This document shows, in pieces, positions 60,291 to 64,000 of a stretch of DNA of 64,000 nucleotides (its first letter is position 1; every line of letters starts with the position of its first letter). The notes beneath the pieces are model-generated. The model saw nothing but the letters and a program-made list of their open reading frames with translations. It ran no database searches and was not told the DNA's origin. The stretch lies in NCBI RefSeq assembly GCF_009914755.1, contig NC_060937.1; one strand, written 5' to 3'. This DNA is from the human T2T-CHM13v2.0 reference genome, Homo sapiens. A program made the translations under genes and the position numbers.

Positions 60291-63200
60291 TATATATCAT
60301 ATACTGTACATGTAATATCAAGTTACCCAAACTATACATTACATACTGTACATAAAATATGAAATTACATCAAATATATATTATATTAGGTACATAAAAT
60401 ATGAAATTACATCAAATATATATTAAATTAGGTATGTAAAATATGAAAGTACATCAAATATAGATTATATACTGTACATAAAATACCAAAGTACCACAAA
60501 TATATATTTTGTACTGTACATGAAATATCAAAGTTCTCAAACTCTATATTATATACTGCACATAAAATATCAAAGTACCCAAGGTATATATTCCATACTG
60601 TACATAAAATGTCAAAGTACCCAAAGCATATATTATATGCTGTACATAAAATATGAAAGTACATCAAATATATATTTTATTCTCTACATAAAATATCAAA
60701 GTACACCAAATATATATTCTATACTGTACATAAAATATCAAGGTACCCAAACTATACATTATATACTGTACATAAGATATGAAATTACATCAAATATATA
60801 TTATATTAGGTACATAAAATATGAAAGTACATCAAATATAGATTATATACTGTACATAAAATATCAAAGTACCCAAATATATATCATATACTGTACATGA
60901 AATATCAAAGTTCACAAACTATATATTATATACTGTACATAAAATATCAAAGTACCCAAACTATACATTATATACTGTACATAAAATATGAAATTACATC
61001 AAATATATATTATATTAGGTATGTAAAATATGAAAGTACATCAAATATAGATTATATACTGTACATAAAATACCAAAGTACCCCAAATATATATTTTATA
61101 CTGTACATGAAATATCAAAGTTCTCAAACTATATATTATATACTGCACATAAAATATCAAAGTACCCAAGGTATATATTCCATACTGTACAAAAAATATC
61201 AAAGTACCCAAAGCATATATTATATGCTGTACATAAAATATGAAAGTACATGAAATATATATTTTATTCTGTACATAAAATATCAAAGTACACCAAATAT
61301 ATATTCTATACTGTACATAAAATATCAACGTACCCAAACTATACATTATATACTGTACATAAAATATGAAATTACATCAAATATATATTATATTAGGTAC
61401 ATAAAATATGAAAGTACATCAAATATAGATTATATACTGTACATAAAATCTCAAAGTACCCAAATATATATCATATACTGTACATGAAATATCAAAGTTC
61501 ACAAACTATATATTATATACTGTACATAAAATATCAAAGTACCCAAACTATACATTATATACTGTACATAAAATATGAAATTACATCAAATATATATTTT
61601 ATTAGGTATGTAAAATATGAAAGTACATCAAATATAGATTATATACTGTACATAAAATACCAAAGTACCCCAAATATATATTTTATACTGTACATGAAAT
61701 ATCAAAGTTCTCAAAGTATATATTATATAGTGCACATAAAATATCAAAGTACCCAAGGTATATATTCCATACTGTACAAAAATTATCAAAGTACCCAAAG
61801 CATATATTATATGCTGTACATAAAATATGAAAGTACATCAAATATATATTTTATTCTGTACATAAAATATCAAAGTATACCAAATATATATTCTATACTG
61901 TACATAAAATATCAAGGTACCCAAACTATACATTATATACTGTACATAAGATATGAAATTACATCAAATATATATTATATTAGGTACATAAAATATGAAA
62001 GTACATCAAATATAGATTATATACTGTACATAAAATATCAAAGTACCCAAATATATATCATATACTGTACATGAAATATCAAAGTTCACAAACTATATAT
62101 TATATACTGTACATAAAATATCAAAGTACCCAAACTATACATTATATACTGTACATAAAATATGAAATTACATCAAATATATATTATATTAGGTATGTAA
62201 AATATGAAAGTACATCAAATATAGATTATATACTGTACATAAAATACCAAAGTACCCCAAATATATATTTTATACTGTACATGAAATATCAAAGTTCTCA
62301 AACTATATATTATATACTGCACATAAAATATCAAAGTACCCAAGATATATATTCCATACTGTACAAAAAATATCAAAGTCCCCAAAGCATATATTATATG
62401 CTGTACATAAAATATGAAAGTACATCAAATATATATTTTATTCTGTACATAAAATATCAAAGTACACCAAATATATATTCTATACTGTACATAAAATATC
62501 AAGGTAACCAAACTATACATTATATACTGTACATAAAATATGAAATTACATCAAATATATATTATATTAGGTACATAAAATATGAAAGTACATCAAATAT
62601 AGATTATATACTGTACATAAAATATCAAAGTACCCAAATATATATCATATACTGTACATGAAATATCAAAGTTCACAAACTATATATTATATACTGTACA
62701 TAAAATATCAAAGTACCCAAACTATACATTATATACTGTACATAAAATATGAAATTACATCAAATATATATTTTATTAGGTATGTAAAATATGAAAGTAC
62801 ATCAAATATAGATTATATACTGTACATAAAATACCAAAGTACCCCAAATATATATTTTATACTGTACATGAAATATCAAAGTTCTCAAACTATATATTAT
62901 ATAGTGCACATAAAATATCAAAGTACCCAAGGTATATATTCCATACTGTACAAAAATTATCAAAGTACCCAAAGCATATATTATATGCTGTACATAAAAT
63001 ATGAAAGTACATCAAATATATATTTTATTCTGTACATAAAATATCAAAGTACACCAAATATATATTCTATACAGTACATAAAATATCAAGGTACCCAAAC
63101 TATACATTATATACTGTACATAAGATATGAAATTACATCAAATATATATTATATTAGGTACATAAAATATGAAAGTACATCAAATATAGATTATATACTG

Positions 63201-64000
63201 TACATAAAATATCAAAGTACCCAAATATATATCATATACTGTACATGAAATATCAAAGTTCACAAACTATATATTATATACTGTACATAAAATATCAAAG
63301 TACCCAAACTATACATTATATACTGTACATAAAATATGAAATTACATCAAATATATATTATATTAGGTATGTAAAATATGAAAGTACATCAAATATAGAT
63401 TATATACTGAACATAAAATACCAAAGTACCCCAAATATATATTTTATACTGTACATGAAATATCAAAGTTCTCAAACTATATATTATATACTGCACATAA
63501 AATATCAAAGTACCCAAGGTATATATTCCATACTGTACAAAAAATATCAAAGTACCCAAAGCATATATTATATGCTGTACATAAAATATGAAAATACATC
63601 AAATATATATTTTATTCTGTACATAAAATATCAAAGTACACCAAATATATATTCTATACTGTACATAAAATATCAACGTACCCAAACTATACATTATATA
63701 CTGTACATAAAATATGAAATTACATAAAATATATATTATATTAGGTACATAAAATATGAAAGTACATCAAATATAGATTATATACTGTACATAAAATATC
63801 AAAGTACCCAAATATATATCATATACTGTACATGAAATATCAAAGTTCACAAACTATATATTATATACTGTACATAAAATATCAAAGTACCCAAACTATA
63901 CATTATATACTGTACATAAAAGATGAAATTACATCAAATATATATTATATTAGGTATGTAAAATATGAGAGTACATCAAATATAGATTATATACTGTACA
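60291..64000 (+). repeat. Sub-array E: 587-bp 14-monomer HOR (13x42 + 41)
   Basis: ORF starts at 60897, 61484, 62071, 62658 and 63245 are exactly 587 bp apart. Each unit ends in a 41-bp monomer AAAGTACCCAAATATATATCATATACTG and carries AGGTATG, GTTCTCA, TGCACAT, ATTCCAT and AGCATATATTATATGCTG variants. Confidence 0.92.

Larger units (their letters stand above)
1..64000 (+). repeat. HSat1A (SAR / classical satellite 1) tandem array: 42-bp monomer organised as a 378-bp 9-mer higher-order repeat; runs off both window ends
   Basis: Seen: 42-bp periodicity throughout, giving 14-aa repeats in the ORF track. GTAC-to-GTAC spacing alternates 17 bp (gtacataaaatatcaaa) and 25 bp (gtacccaaactatacattatatact). 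Nine monomer types recur every 378 bp. The sequence is very AT-rich and nearly CpG-free. Known: satellite 1/HSat1A is a 42-bp repeat made of 17+25-bp RsaI subunits with a 378-bp 9-mer periodicity. Confidence 0.95.

Noticed and set aside
610-61346. Recurrent 71-101-aa hydrophobic minus-strand ORFs (MYSLGTLIFYV...) resembling small membrane proteins
   Set aside because: They are the antisense reading of the same repeat and appear only where the ACATCA>ACATGA variant removes a minus-strand TGA stop. The hydrophobicity comes from T-rich codons.
1-64000. CRISPR-like array (conserved TACTGTACATAAAATAT alternating with variable segments)
   Set aside because: The variable segments are homologous to each other and cycle every nine units rather than being unique spacers. 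There are no cas genes or leader.
1-64000. Alpha satellite, HSat1B, HSat2/3 or telomeric repeat
   Set aside because: No 171-bp period or CENP-B box, no Alu-containing ~2.4-kb unit, and no CATTC or TTAGGG repeats.
1-64000. TATA boxes and AATAAA polyadenylation signals (e.g. ~7904, ~12618)
   Set aside because: Expected by chance in TA-rich repeat sequence, with no gene context.
1-64000. Assignment to a specific chromosome or species
   Set aside because: HSat1A arrays occur on several human chromosomes (3, 4 and the acrocentrics) and have ape homologues. Assignment needs alignment to T2T assemblies, which I cannot run.

Overview
The whole 64 kb is one uninterrupted, single-orientation, extremely AT-rich tandem satellite array. 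The unit is a 42-bp monomer (consensus ~TATATACTGTACATAAAATATCAAAGTACCCAAACTATACAT) whose two GTAC (RsaI) sites cut it into 17-bp and 25-bp pieces. Nine diverged monomers form a 378-bp higher-order repeat. This matches human/hominid classical satellite 1A (HSat1A, RepBase SAR), a (peri)centromeric and acrocentric short-arm satellite. Species and chromosome cannot be determined from the sequence alone. I saw no genes, RNA genes, transposons, alpha satellite, CRISPR arrays or inversions. The Y/I/K-rich ORFs, up to 1476 aa, are translation artefacts of a 42-bp (14-codon) repeat with one stop-free frame. I found no evidence of a new gene-encoded biological system. What is of interest is the internal architecture, a layered mosaic of sub-arrays with their own periods and diagnostic variants. 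These are a 756/2268-bp domain (1-5.7 kb), a CCAGAT 373/378-bp domain (5.7-11.4 kb), a 751-bp domain (11.4-17.5 kb), and a large indel-poor domain with ~7.8-kb, 2478-, 1512-, 1134-, 630- and 252-bp duplications (17.5-58 kb) interrupted by a foreign-subfamily island (45.9-48 kb). A diverged transition (58-60.3 kb) leads into a young 587-bp 14-monomer HOR (60.3-64 kb). Monomer labels, by + strand translation: M1 QSTQTIH, M2 EITSNIYYIR, M3 ESTSNID, M4 QSTPNIY(F/Y), M5 MKYQSSQT, M6 QSTQGIYS, M7 KKYQSTQSM, M8 ESTSNIYF, M9 QSTPNIYSIV. Periods were read by eye from shared variants and ORF-track offsets, and domain boundaries are approximate.
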